Origin: Candidatus Polarisedimenticolia bacterium
GTDB lineage: Bacteria; Acidobacteriota; Polarisedimenticolia; Gp22-AA2
Length of the DNA: 21,745 nucleotides
Assembly: GCA_041580375.1 (NCBI GenBank)
Contig: JBFGDZ010000040.1
Coordinates: 1 to 21,745, forward strand
Direction of reading: 5' to 3'
A model generated the notes under the pieces. The model saw only the letters and a program-made list of their open reading frames with translations. It was not told the DNA's origin and ran no database searches. The position numbers were made by a program, and so were the translations under genes. Shown piece by piece: positions 9,764-17,992 of the stretch. Each line of letters begins with the position of its first letter. Position 1 is the stretch's first letter.

Positions 9764-10511
9764 GGCCGATCACCTCTTCCGAGAGCTTGTAGTACTGAAG
9801 GGCTCCGCTGGAGTGCGGAGCGAAGCTGAAGATCGGTTCCTTGTAGGCCGGACTCTCCTCGAGACGGACGCTTCTCGAAATGATGGTTCGGAAGACCTTC
9901 GGTCCGAAGACCTCCTTGATGTGGTTCTTGATGTCCCGACCGAGGAGCGTGCGCCGGTCGTGAATCGTGATGACGACACCCAGGAATTCGAGGCTCGGAT
10001 TGGGACGCGCTTTGATCTTCTCGACCGTCTCCAGGAGATCGTCGGTCCCCTCGAGGGCGAAATAGGACGACTGGATGGGGACGAGGAGGTGCGTCGCGGC
10101 GACGAGTGCGTTCACGGTCAGCAGTCCGAGTGTCGGAGGAGTGTCGATGACGATGTACTGGAATCTGGATACGACCGGCTTGAGCCGGTCCTTGAGCCGG
10201 AAATGGCTGTCGATGTCGCCGAGGAGCTTGCTCTCGAACTTGGCCAGGCTGATCCGGGACGGGACGACCTCCAGGTTCTTGACGTTGGTCGCGTGAAGGG
10301 CGTGGCTGAAGTCCTTGTCGTCCTCGATGAGAGCGTCATAGATGGAGTGTCCGAGTTGCTCCGGGTCGAGAAACGAGAGGGTCGCATTGGCCTGAGGATC
10401 GAGGTCGAGCAGGAGCGTGCGGTACCCCTTCTGCGCCAGGGCGGCGGAGAGATTGATCGCCGTGGTCGTCTTCCCGACTCCACCCTTCTGGTTTGCGATC
10501 GCGAGGATCAC
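9756..10511 (-). CDS. parA: Chromosome partitioning ATPase ParA/Soj.
   Basis: The N-terminus is MILAIANQKGGVGKTTTAINLSAALA (deviant Walker A), followed by DLDPQANAT, VIDTPP and related motifs. The start is GTG at 10511. Confidence 0.9.
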   Translation of the reverse strand: MILAIANQKGGVGKTTTAINLSAALAQKGYRTLLLDLDPQANATLSFLDPEQLGHSIYDALIEDDKDFSHALHATNVKNLEVVPSRISLAKFESKLLGDIDSHFRLKDRLKPVVSRFQYIVIDTPPTLGLLTVNALVAATHLLVPIQSSYFALEGTDDLLETVEKIKARPNPSLEFLGVVITIHDRRTLLGRDIKNHIKEVFGPKVFRTIISRSVRLEESPAYKEPIFSFAPHSSGALQYYKLSEEVIGRV

Positions 10512-10597
10512 GTCGGGTTTGTCTCCGCCTGGCGCGCGGAGCCGCGAGGTCCGAGCTGCGGGGCGACTCGCCGCGATGATCGATCGACCGGTCCGGA

Positions 10598-10626
10598 GTT
10601 ATACAGGAGGGACCGAAATGTGTCAA
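10598..10626 (-). promoter_or_regulatory. Near-consensus sigma70 promoter for parAB.
   Basis: - The minus strand reads TTGACA (10626-10621), a 17-nt spacer, then TATAAC (10603-10598).
- That is about 80 nt upstream of the parA start.
- An AT-rich island at 10655-10700 lies immediately upstream. Confidence 0.5.
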
Positions 10627-10705
10627 GCGTGGCGGACGCCCGAGTCGATCGAGAATCGGTCTTATAAGTCTTGTATTATCAACTATTTACGTGAGACAGG
10701 CGATT

Positions 10706-11224
10706 CTACATCTCGTACTTGCCCATCTCGTCGGGGTCGAGGTTCTCGAGCCACTTGCGAATGCGCTCGGACTCCCCCGCGTCCTTCGTGAGGTCGGTGT
10801 TCTTGGCCTTCTCGATCACCTCGCGATTGACGAAGATGGGCGAGCCGGTGCGCAGCGCAAGGGCGATGGCGTCGCTGGGGCGCGAATCGATCGGCAGGGA
10901 CTGGCCGGCATGGTGGATGTAGATCAGCGCGTAGAACGTGTTCTCCTTGAGGTCGGTGATGACGACCTTCTCGACGGTGGCCTCGAGGCCGGCGAGGATG
11001 CTCTTGAGGAGGTCGTGGGTCATCGGTCGCGGCGTCGCGATCTTCTCGATCTGCAGGGCGATTGCGTTCGCCTCGAAGATGCCGACCCAGATCGGGAGGA
11101 CGGCGGAACTGGACGGATCGCGCAGGATGATGATCGGCATGTTGGTGATCGGATCGATCATCAACCCCTTGATCTTCATCTCGAGTTCCATGACGCCACC
11201 CGTTTCTCCGATCGTCCCTGGCAT
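10706..11224 (-). CDS. Bifunctional nuclease family protein (DUF151 / BFN domain).
   Basis: - Conserved core: KIKGLMIDPITNMPIIILRD...LPIWVGIFEANAIALQIE...PRPMTHDLL.
- The longest start is ATG at 11224, preceded by AAAGGAA.
- An internal ATG at 11191 (MELEMKIKGL..., preceded by GGGTGG) fits the family N-terminus better. Confidence 0.75.
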   Translation of the reverse strand: MPGTIGETGGVMELEMKIKGLMIDPITNMPIIILRDPSSSAVLPIWVGIFEANAIALQIEKIATPRPMTHDLLKSILAGLEATVEKVVITDLKENTFYALIYIHHAGQSLPIDSRPSDAIALALRTGSPIFVNREVIEKAKNTDLTKDAGESERIRKWLENLDPDEMGKYEM

Positions 11225-11260
11225 GGAGTGATTCCTTTATAGCCCGTGGTGCCGGGCGAG

Positions 11261-12604
11261 TCAAGCGGCGCCGGCGAGGGGCTCGCCGCTGAGGGAGTGG
11301 GCGTGGGCCCGGGTGATGCGCACGTCGACGAAGGGTCCCGCCGTCGGATGGGCGACGTGCACGTTCACCACCCGGTTGCAGGTCGTCCGTCCCTTGCGGA
11401 CGGTCTCATCCATGCGGCTCCGCCCGTCGAGGAGGACCTCGAAGGTGCGCCCGATGAGGGACCGATTGCGGATCGCGAGGAGCCCGTCCTGCAGCGCCAG
11501 CAGCTCCTGGAGGCGCTCCGACTTGACGGCCTCCGGGAATGCGGCGGGCAGCGCGGCGGCCGGCGTGCCGGGACGGGGAGAGTAGGCGAAGGCGTACACC
11601 TGGTCGAAGCCGACCTCCCGGACAATCGACAGGGTGTCCCGGAACTCCGCGTCGGTCTCCCCCGGAAATCCCACGATGATGTCCGTGCTGAAGGCGATGT
11701 CGGGAATGCGCGATCGCAGGCCCGCGATCGTCTCGAGGTATCGGGCCCGGGTATACCCGCGGTTCATCGCCCGCAGAACGCGATCGCTGCCCGACTGCAC
11801 GGGCAGGTGCAGGTGGTTGCAGACCGTGGGGACGTCCCGCATGGCGTCCATGATCGGTCGCTTCAGGTGTCCCGGATGCGAGGTGGTGAATCGGATGCGA
11901 CGCACGCCGGGGACGCGATCGACCATGTGCAGCAGCGAGGCGAGATCCTCCCCCGCGCAGTGGTAGGCGTTGACGTTCTGGCCCAGAAGCTCGATCTCGC
12001 AGTACCCCTGCGCCGCGAGGCTCCGCACCTCCCCGAGGATCGCGTCGGGCGGCCTGTAGACCTCCCTGCCGCGCGTGTACGGCACGATGCAGAAGGCGCA
12101 GGCCTTGTTGCAGCCCTCCATCACGGTGACGTAGGCGCGGGGGCCGGATGCTCGCGCAGCGGTCTCCGAAGGGAAGACGATCGGATCCTCGTCGCGCGCC
12201 AGGCTGATCGATCGGCCGTCGCGCCGGGCCTCCTCGAGGAGGTCCCCGAGACGGGCGATGTTGCGCGGCCCCATCACCAGATCGACGTGAGGCGCCCGGC
12301 GGAAGATCGCCTCGCCCTCCGCCTGGGCCACGCATCCGCAGACGCCGATGAGGAGATCGGGATTGCGGCGCTTGAGGTGCAGCAACTGTCCCAGGCGAGC
12401 GAACACCTTCTCGGCGGCCTTTTCCCGCACGCTGCAGGTGTTGAGAAGGATGAGATCGGCCTCGTCCGCCGACGTCACGGGCGCGTAGCCGTGACGCGCC
12501 AGGAGGCCGGCCATCTTCTCGGAGTCGTGAACGTTCATCTGGCAGCCCCACGTCTCGATCAGAAAGCCGCGCGACGGTGCGCGCTCGGGGGTCCCGGGGG
12601 TCAT
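11261..12604 (-). CDS. miaB: tRNA-2-methylthio-N6-dimethylallyladenosine synthase (radical SAM methylthiotransferase).
   Basis: - MTTase N-domain: FLIETWGCQMNVHDSEKMAG, LLNTCSVREKAAEKV.
- Radical SAM: CNKACAFCIVPYTRG.
- C-terminal TRAM domain.
- The true start is ATG at 12604, after GGAGGAG plus 6 nt. It overlaps the HIT gene stop as ATGA.
- The longer ORF up to 13084 is read-through of the upstream gene in another frame. Confidence 0.9.
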   Translation of the reverse strand: MTPGTPERAPSRGFLIETWGCQMNVHDSEKMAGLLARHGYAPVTSADEADLILLNTCSVREKAAEKVFARLGQLLHLKRRNPDLLIGVCGCVAQAEGEAIFRRAPHVDLVMGPRNIARLGDLLEEARRDGRSISLARDEDPIVFPSETAARASGPRAYVTVMEGCNKACAFCIVPYTRGREVYRPPDAILGEVRSLAAQGYCEIELLGQNVNAYHCAGEDLASLLHMVDRVPGVRRIRFTTSHPGHLKRPIMDAMRDVPTVCNHLHLPVQSGSDRVLRAMNRGYTRARYLETIAGLRSRIPDIAFSTDIIVGFPGETDAEFRDTLSIVREVGFDQVYAFAYSPRPGTPAAALPAAFPEAVKSERLQELLALQDGLLAIRNRSLIGRTFEVLLDGRSRMDETVRKGRTTCNRVVNVHVAHPTAGPFVDVRITRAHAHSLSGEPLAGAA

Positions 12605-13149
12605 GGGGATCTCCTCCCGGACGATCGCCTCCGGGCGCCGCGCATCCGCCTCGCGGGCGGGGCGCCGTCTTTGAGGAGCGGGCGCAGGCGCCGGTAGGTC
12701 ACCGCGAGCGCCTCCGGGATGACGCGGGTGCCGTGGACGACCGTCATGAAGTTGGTGTCCCCGTCCCACCTGGGCACCAGGTGCATGTGATAGTGACCCT
12801 CGATCCCGGCCCCGGCGCTGCGCCCCAGGTTCATGCCGAGGTTGATCCCCGACGGCCGGTAGACGCTCCGCAGGGCGGCCTCGCAGCGGACCACCAGCGC
12901 CATCATCTCCTGCAGGGACTCGCGCGGGGCGCGGCGGAGCGTGGCGCTGTGCGCGTACGGGACGACCATGAGGTGCGCGTTGTTGTACGGGTACTTGTTC
13001 AGGATCACGAAGTGGGTGCGGCCGCGGTGAAGGACGAGGTTCTCTCGATCGCGGCGGCTCGACGACGCGCGGCAGAAGACGCACCCTCGGTCGGCGCCGC
13101 GATCGGCGGCGACGTAGCGGAGCCGCCAGGGGCTGAAGAGCTTCTCCAT
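12601..13149 (-). CDS. HIT (histidine triad) family nucleotide hydrolase/transferase.
   Basis: - The N-terminus reads FSPWRLRYV...GCVFC.
- A second conserved block: VILNKYPYNNAHLMVVP.
- The histidine triad is GHYHMHLVPRW.
- The stop TGA overlaps the miaB ATG. Confidence 0.75.
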   Translation of the reverse strand: MEKLFSPWRLRYVAADRGADRGCVFCRASSSRRDRENLVLHRGRTHFVILNKYPYNNAHLMVVPYAHSATLRRAPRESLQEMMALVVRCEAALRSVYRPSGINLGMNLGRSAGAGIEGHYHMHLVPRWDGDTNFMTVVHGTRVIPEALAVTYRRLRPLLKDGAPPARRMRGARRRSSGRRSP

Positions 13150-13186
13150 GCGGGGCCCGTCGCGTCCGGATCCCGAGCGTGGCGGG

Positions 13187-13525
13187 CTAGGATTCCGGAC
13201 CGCTGGATGGGGACGCCGAAGCGACCCGGCCGGGGCTCCCGCCGTCGTGGGACGAGTTGATCAGCTCCTTGAGCTCCTTGCCGGGCTTGAAATACGGGAT
13301 CCGCTTCGCGGGTACGTCGACCTTGTCCCCCGTCTTCGGATTGCGACCCTGGCGCGAGCGGCGCTGCCGGATGCGGAAACTCCCGAAGCCCCGGAGCTCG
13401 ATCTTCTGGTCCTTCTGGAGCGCGGAGACGATCGAGTCGAAGACGGTGTTGACGATGATCTCGGAGTGCTTCTTGGTCAGTTCCGAGACCCGGGCCACTT
13501 CTTCAACCAGTTCGGCCTTGGTCAT
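13187..13525 (-). CDS. ihfB: Integration host factor beta-like HU-family DNA-binding protein, with a short Ser/Pro-rich C-terminal tail.
   Basis: - The N-terminus [11 protein letters not shown]...[50 protein letters not shown] closely parallels E. coli IhfB (MTKSELIERLA...[30 protein letters not shown]).
- It sits immediately downstream of rpsA, as in the enterobacterial rpsA-ihfB arrangement. Confidence 0.8.
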   Translation of the reverse strand: [112 protein letters not shown]

Positions 13526-13582
13526 GGGCGCCCCTTGCCCTCCGTCGCCGGCGCCCCGGGGCGCCGGGTCGTCAAAGGTGTC

Positions 13583-15442
13583 CTAATCCTCATCTTCTTC
13601 GTATTCGTAGGCGTCCTTGTCCTTACGGCGCCGCTCCTCGCGGCGGCGCCCCCCGGCGTGCTCGATCACCTCGCCGAGATTGGCGCCCCCGGTGCCCTGC
13701 CCGCGCATGTAGCTCTGGAAATCCTCGCGCGAGTCGTCCTGCGCCGCGGCCTTGATGGACAGGCCGATCTTCTGCTCCGCGATGTCCATCTTGATGATCT
13801 TGGCCGTGACCGCCTGGTCCAGCTCCAGACGATCCGCGGGCTTGTCGATGCGCTCGTCCGCGATCTCGGAGACGTGAATCAGCCCCTCGATGCCCTCCTG
13901 GATCTCGACGAAGGCGCCGAAGTCGGTCAGCCGCACGACCCGGCCCACGACGCGATCCCCTATCACGTTGTTCTTGAAGAACTCCTCCCAGGCGTTCGGC
14001 TGCAGCTGCTTGATTCCGAGCGACAGCCGCTGGTTCTCGGAGTCGATCTTGAGGATCACGGCCTCCACGTCGTCCCCCTTCGTGAGCATCTCGGAGGGGT
14101 GCTTGAGTCGCTTCGTCCACGACATGTCGGAGATGTGGACCAGGCCGTCGATCCCCTCCTCGACCTCGATGAAGGCGCCGAAATCGGTGAGATTGCGCAC
14201 CTTCCCGGTGATGCGGTCACCCTCGTGATACCGGTCGCTGATGACCTGCCAGGGGTTCGGTTCCGTCTGCCGCAGGCCGAGCGAGAGACGTCGCGCCGTG
14301 CGGTCGACGTCGAGAACGACCGCCTCCACCGTGTCGCCCACCGCCAGCACCTTGGACGGATGCTTGACGCGTTTCGTCCAGGACATCTCGGAGACGTGGA
14401 TCAGCCCTTCGACGCCCGGCTCGAGCTCGATGAAGGCGCCGTAATCGGTCAGGCTGACGACCTTGCCGCGCACCCGCGATTCACGCGGATACTTCGTCTC
14501 CACGGCCTCCCAGGGATCGTCGCTGCGCTGCTTGTAGCCGAGGGAGACGCGCTCCTTCTCCATGTCGAACTTGAGGACGACGACCTCGACCTCGTCGCCG
14601 ACCACGAACATCTCGGACGGATGGTTGATGCGGCCCCAGGACATGTCGGTCTTGTGCAGGAGGCCGTCGATCCCGCCCAGGTCGACGAAGGCGCCGTACT
14701 CCGTGATGTTCTTGACCACGCCCTTGAGCACCTTCCCTTCCGCCAGGTTCTCGAGGGTGTGCTTCTTCTTGTGGGCGTTCTCCTCCTCCAGGATCGCCTT
14801 GCGGGAGAGAACGATGTTGCCGCGCTTGCGGTTGACCTTGATCACCCGCATCTGGAACTGCCTCCCTTTCATGGAGTCCAGATTGCGGACGGGACGGAGA
14901 TCGACGAGCGAGCCGGGCAGGAACGCGCGGACGCCGATGTCCACGGCCAGCCCGCCCTTGATCCTCTCCTTCACGATCCCGGTCACGGGGCGGCCGTCGG
15001 CATAGGCCCGCTCGACCTCCTCCCAGATCTTCATCTTCTCGGCCTTCTCCTTCGACAGGACCACGTAACCGTCCTTGTTCTCGGTCCTCTCGAGGAGCAC
15101 GTCGATCTCGTCTCCGACGCTCACGTGATGCTTCCCGTCGGCGCCGGTGAACTCATCGATGTCGATCAGGCCTTCCGATTTATAGCCGACGTCGACGACG
15201 ACTTCGCTCCCGCTGATGCGCAGGACGCGCCCCCGCACGACCTCGCCCTCGGCCAGGGTCCGCAGGGACTGGTCGTACATCTCCAGCAGCTTCTGGTATT
15301 CGCCGTCCGAGAACTGGGCGTCGACGCCCTCCAGCACTCTCAGGGTCTCGCGGCGTTTGTTCTTCGAGGAATGGGACATCTTTTGGGGACGCGATTCGAT
15401 CTGTCCCGAGGCGGGATCATCGTTCATGTTCTGTACATCCAT
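13583..15442 (-). CDS. rpsA: 30S ribosomal protein S1.
   Basis: There are six tandem S1 domains (repeated G.VV.G.V....GAF..L/I..G..GL.H.S..SW). The C-terminus is acidic (EYEEDED). ATG at 15442 follows the RBS GAGGAGG by 11 nt. Confidence 0.9.
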   Translation of the reverse strand: MDVQNMNDDPASGQIESRPQKMSHSSKNKRRETLRVLEGVDAQFSDGEYQKLLEMYDQSLRTLAEGEVVRGRVLRISGSEVVVDVGYKSEGLIDIDEFTGADGKHHVSVGDEIDVLLERTENKDGYVVLSKEKAEKMKIWEEVERAYADGRPVTGIVKERIKGGLAVDIGVRAFLPGSLVDLRPVRNLDSMKGRQFQMRVIKVNRKRGNIVLSRKAILEEENAHKKKHTLENLAEGKVLKGVVKNITEYGAFVDLGGIDGLLHKTDMSWGRINHPSEMFVVGDEVEVVVLKFDMEKERVSLGYKQRSDDPWEAVETKYPRESRVRGKVVSLTDYGAFIELEPGVEGLIHVSEMSWTKRVKHPSKVLAVGDTVEAVVLDVDRTARRLSLGLRQTEPNPWQVISDRYHEGDRITGKVRNLTDFGAFIEVEEGIDGLVHISDMSWTKRLKHPSEMLTKGDDVEAVILKIDSENQRLSLGIKQLQPNAWEEFFKNNVIGDRVVGRVVRLTDFGAFVEIQEGIEGLIHVSEIADERIDKPADRLELDQAVTAKIIKMDIAEQKIGLSIKAAAQDDSREDFQSYMRGQGTGGANLGEVIEHAGGRRREERRRKDKDAYEYEEDED

Positions 15443-15644
15443 GCAGTGGGGTGCCTCCTCATTCGTTAGTTTTCAGGCTCCGCTCGCGCGGGCCGGTGCT
15501 GCCTCTGACGCCGCGCCTCGGGGCGCGCGGCCCGGCCCCCCTTCCGACGGCGGGTCCCGGACCGTCCATCCTGCCCCGGAGCGGCGTTCAGCCCGGGTCG
15601 ATCTGCTTCTCTGGCGGGCCGGCACCTGCTGGCAGGATGGGGCA

Positions 15645-15673
15645 ACTATACGCGCCGGCCGGGGAGGTGTCAA
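15645..15673 (-). promoter_or_regulatory. Near-consensus sigma70 promoter for the rpsA operon, with an upstream AT-rich UP-like element.
   Basis: - The minus strand reads TTGACA (15673-15668), a 17-nt spacer, then TATAGT (15650-15645).
- AT-rich tract on the plus strand at 15674-15705 (gaagaaaaactttgttttcattgaattacgg).
- This gives a leader of about 195 nt. Confidence 0.5.
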
Positions 15674-15776
15674 GAAGAAAAACTTTGTTTTCATTGAATT
15701 ACGGACACTCCGCCGTGCCCGTCCGGCGCGCATTTGCGGGGCCCGGCGGTCGCCGATTCGGGGCGACCATGGCGGA

Positions 15777-16547
15777 TCAGGGCGCCCCGCGCAACCGGCG
15801 TACCTCCTCCGGAGTGAGCTCCCTGAACCGGCCGGGCATCAGCGAGCGATCCGCGATCGGTCCGATGGCGACTCGCCTGAGCTTGAGCACCGGATGGCCG
15901 AGGCGCCGGAACATCCTCCGGATCTGGTTTCGCCGGCCCTCCAGCAGGGTGATCTCCAGCCAGCAGTTCGTCCGCGACGTGAGGCGCCGCACCCGTGCCG
16001 GCCGCGTTCGCCGCCCGTCCAGGACGATGCCTCGCCGCACGCCCTCGAGAATGGCCGGGCCCACGTCTCCCTTGACCTTCACCCGGTAGACCTTGGGGAC
16101 GTGATTGCTCGGATGGGTCAGGCGATGGGCCAGATCGCCGTCGTTGGTGAGAATGAGGAGTCCCTCGCTGTTCCAGTCGAGCCGCCCCACCGGAAAAACC
16201 CTTTCCCGCACGCGGGGCACCAGGTCCAGGACGGTGCGCCGACCCCGCGGGTCGGACGAGGTGGTGATGTAACCGCGGGGCTTGTGGAGCAGGTAATAGA
16301 CGCGCCGCGATTCGGTGCGGACGCGGCGCCCGTCCAGACGGATGGCATCCCGTCCGGGATCGACGACGAGCCCGGGTGTATTGACGATGCGCCCGTTCAC
16401 GGCGACGCGGCCGGCCTGGATGAACCGTTCGGCTTCGCGCCGCGAGGCCACGCCGCACGACGCCAGGAACTTCTGCAGCCGGAGGGGGCCGCGCGGCGGC
16501 TCAGCCGTCTCCCCCGCCACGCTCCGTGTCCGTCTCTTCGCTGCCAT
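15777..16547 (-). CDS. rluB: RsuA/RluB-family rRNA pseudouridine synthase (S4 domain plus PseudoU synthase).
   Basis: - S4 domain: LRLQKFLASCGVASRREAERFIQAGRVAVNGRIV.
- Catalytic motif: VFPVGRLDWNSEGLLILTNDGDLAHRLTHPSNHVPKVYRVKVKG.
- ATG at 16545-16547, preceded by GGTGGA. The longer ORF to 17072 is out-of-frame read-through across scpB.
- It overlaps the scpB 3' end by about 47 nt. A GTG at 16523 is an alternative start. Confidence 0.8.
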   Translation of the reverse strand: MAAKRRTRSVAGETAEPPRGPLRLQKFLASCGVASRREAERFIQAGRVAVNGRIVNTPGLVVDPGRDAIRLDGRRVRTESRRVYYLLHKPRGYITTSSDPRGRRTVLDLVPRVRERVFPVGRLDWNSEGLLILTNDGDLAHRLTHPSNHVPKVYRVKVKGDVGPAILEGVRRGIVLDGRRTRPARVRRLTSRTNCWLEITLLEGRRNQIRRMFRRLGHPVLKLRRVAIGPIADRSLMPGRFRELTPEEVRRLRGAP

Positions 16548-17202
16548 GACCGTCCACCGCGGGATCGCCCGCAAACTCCCCCGCGGGGTCCGGCGGCGCC
16601 GCCCCCATTTCCGGCGGGGGGTCGGTCGGCCGGGCCGGGTGCGCGCCCAGCGCGGCGGGGCCGCCGAACTCTTCCACGGTCGGGAGATCGTCCAGCGAGT
16701 TGAGACCGAAGTGCGCGAGGAAGTCGCGCGTCGTTCCGTACAGGATGGGCTTCCCGACCACTTTCTTGCGGCCCAGGATCCGGACCAGCTTCTTGTCGAG
16801 GAGATTCTGCAGGACCGCGCTCGGATCGGTGCCCCGGAGAGCCTGGATCTCCGGAGTCGTGATCGGCTGCCTATAGGCGACGATCGCGAGGGTTTCGAGA
16901 GCCGCCGCGGAGAGCCGGCGCCGGTTGCGCGAACGGAACAGAGCGCGCACCCACTCTCCGAGCTCGGGACGGGTCGTGATCGCGTACCCGCCGGCCACGC
17001 GCGAGACCCGCAGCCCGCGGTCGGCGGCCGCGTAGGATCGCACGATCTCCTCGAGGGTGCCGTCGAGGGCATCCCTCGATTCCTGGGGAAACAGATCGAC
17101 GAGATCGTCCAGGGTCAGCGGCTCCTCGGCCGCGAAGATCAGCGCCTCGACGATGGCGAGCAGGGCCTCCCGGTCGTGCGGGGGCGCCGGAGCGTCAGGC
17201 AT
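16501..17202 (-). CDS. scpB: Segregation and condensation protein B.
   Basis: LLAIVEALIFAAEEPLTLDDLVDLF ... LETLAIVAYRQPITTPEIQALRG ... LVRILGRKKVVGKPILYGTT (ScpB winged helices). There is a Pro/Gly/Asp-rich C-terminal tail. The start overlaps the scpA stop by 8 nt. Confidence 0.85.
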   Translation of the reverse strand: MPDAPAPPHDREALLAIVEALIFAAEEPLTLDDLVDLFPQESRDALDGTLEEIVRSYAAADRGLRVSRVAGGYAITTRPELGEWVRALFRSRNRRRLSAAALETLAIVAYRQPITTPEIQALRGTDPSAVLQNLLDKKLVRILGRKKVVGKPILYGTTRDFLAHFGLNSLDDLPTVEEFGGPAALGAHPARPTDPPPEMGAAPPDPAGEFAGDPAVDGHGSEETDTERGGGDG

Positions 17203-17992
17203 GCGGGCGGGGCTCCGGCGCGGAGGCGTCCCGGACGTCCGCCCCTCCGTCCGCCGAGACGATCAGGATGTCGCCCCCGCGATGGCGGATCAGGGCGCGG
17301 GCCACGCGGAGCCGGATCGCTTCGAGCAGCGCCAGAAACGTGAGGATGCAGGTCAGGCGATCGGGCACGCCCTCGAACAGCTCGCCGAAAGGAATGCGGG
17401 CCTTTCGTTGCAGGGTCTCGATCAGCCAGTTGAGCCGATCGACGAGCGACATGCGCTCGCGGGAGATGATCGCCCGTTCCGATTCCTGGACGCGGACGAG
17501 GACGGCCTGCAGCGCCTTCACGAGGGAGAACAGATCGGCCTCGATCCCCTGCTCGCCCGCGAACTCCGAGATGCGGCCCGCAGGCCGGTGATAGACGAGC
17601 TCCATGGCCGCCTCGCGCTCCTGCAGGTGCTCGGCGGCGCGGCGCAGCAGCGGGAGGCCGGCCAGGATGGCGGCCTCGTCGAGCGCGATCTCGTCCGCCT
17701 CCTCCGCCATCGCCGGATCGGCGGGTAGAAGTCGGCGCGACTTGAGGTGCGTCAGGGTCGCCGCGATCAGCAGGTACTCCCCGGCGGCCTCGAGATCGAT
17801 CCGCCGCATCCCATCGAGATAGGCGTCGTACTGTCGCGCGACGTCCACGATCGGCACGTCGGAGACGTCGATCTCCTCCGTGCGGATCAGATGGAGCAGA
17901 ACCTCCATCGGCCCCCGGAAGGACTGAAGCCGGACGTGGCACGGAACGTGGCGTCCTTCGAATTCCGGGATCGAGGCGGGCTCGCCGCTCAT
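17195..17992 (-). CDS. scpA: Segregation and condensation protein A (kleisin).
   Basis: VRLQSFRGPMEVLLHLIRTEEIDVSDVPIVDVARQYDAYL is a typical ScpA N-terminus. ATG at 17992 follows GGAGGAGG and overlaps the trpS stop as ATGA. The ORF upstream of it is read-through. Confidence 0.85.
   Translation of the reverse strand: MSGEPASIPEFEGRHVPCHVRLQSFRGPMEVLLHLIRTEEIDVSDVPIVDVARQYDAYLDGMRRIDLEAAGEYLLIAATLTHLKSRRLLPADPAMAEEADEIALDEAAILAGLPLLRRAAEHLQEREAAMELVYHRPAGRISEFAGEQGIEADLFSLVKALQAVLVRVQESERAIISRERMSLVDRLNWLIETLQRKARIPFGELFEGVPDRLTCILTFLALLEAIRLRVARALIRHRGGDILIVSADGGADVRDASAPEPRPHA

Noticed and set aside
10683-10698. parS-like sequence CTATTTACGTGAGACA.
   Set aside because: It matches the parS consensus at only 11 of 16 positions, so it is too degenerate to call a centromere site. 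I mention it only as context.
11261-13084. 607-aa 'long MiaB' ORF. The analogous 5'-extended forms are scpA (to 18214), rluB (to 17072) and trpS (to 19062).
   Set aside because: The extensions are low-complexity Arg/Pro-rich. They lie over a well-conserved upstream gene in another frame. In each case an internal ATG with an RBS and an ATGA or short overlap gives the conserved N-terminus.
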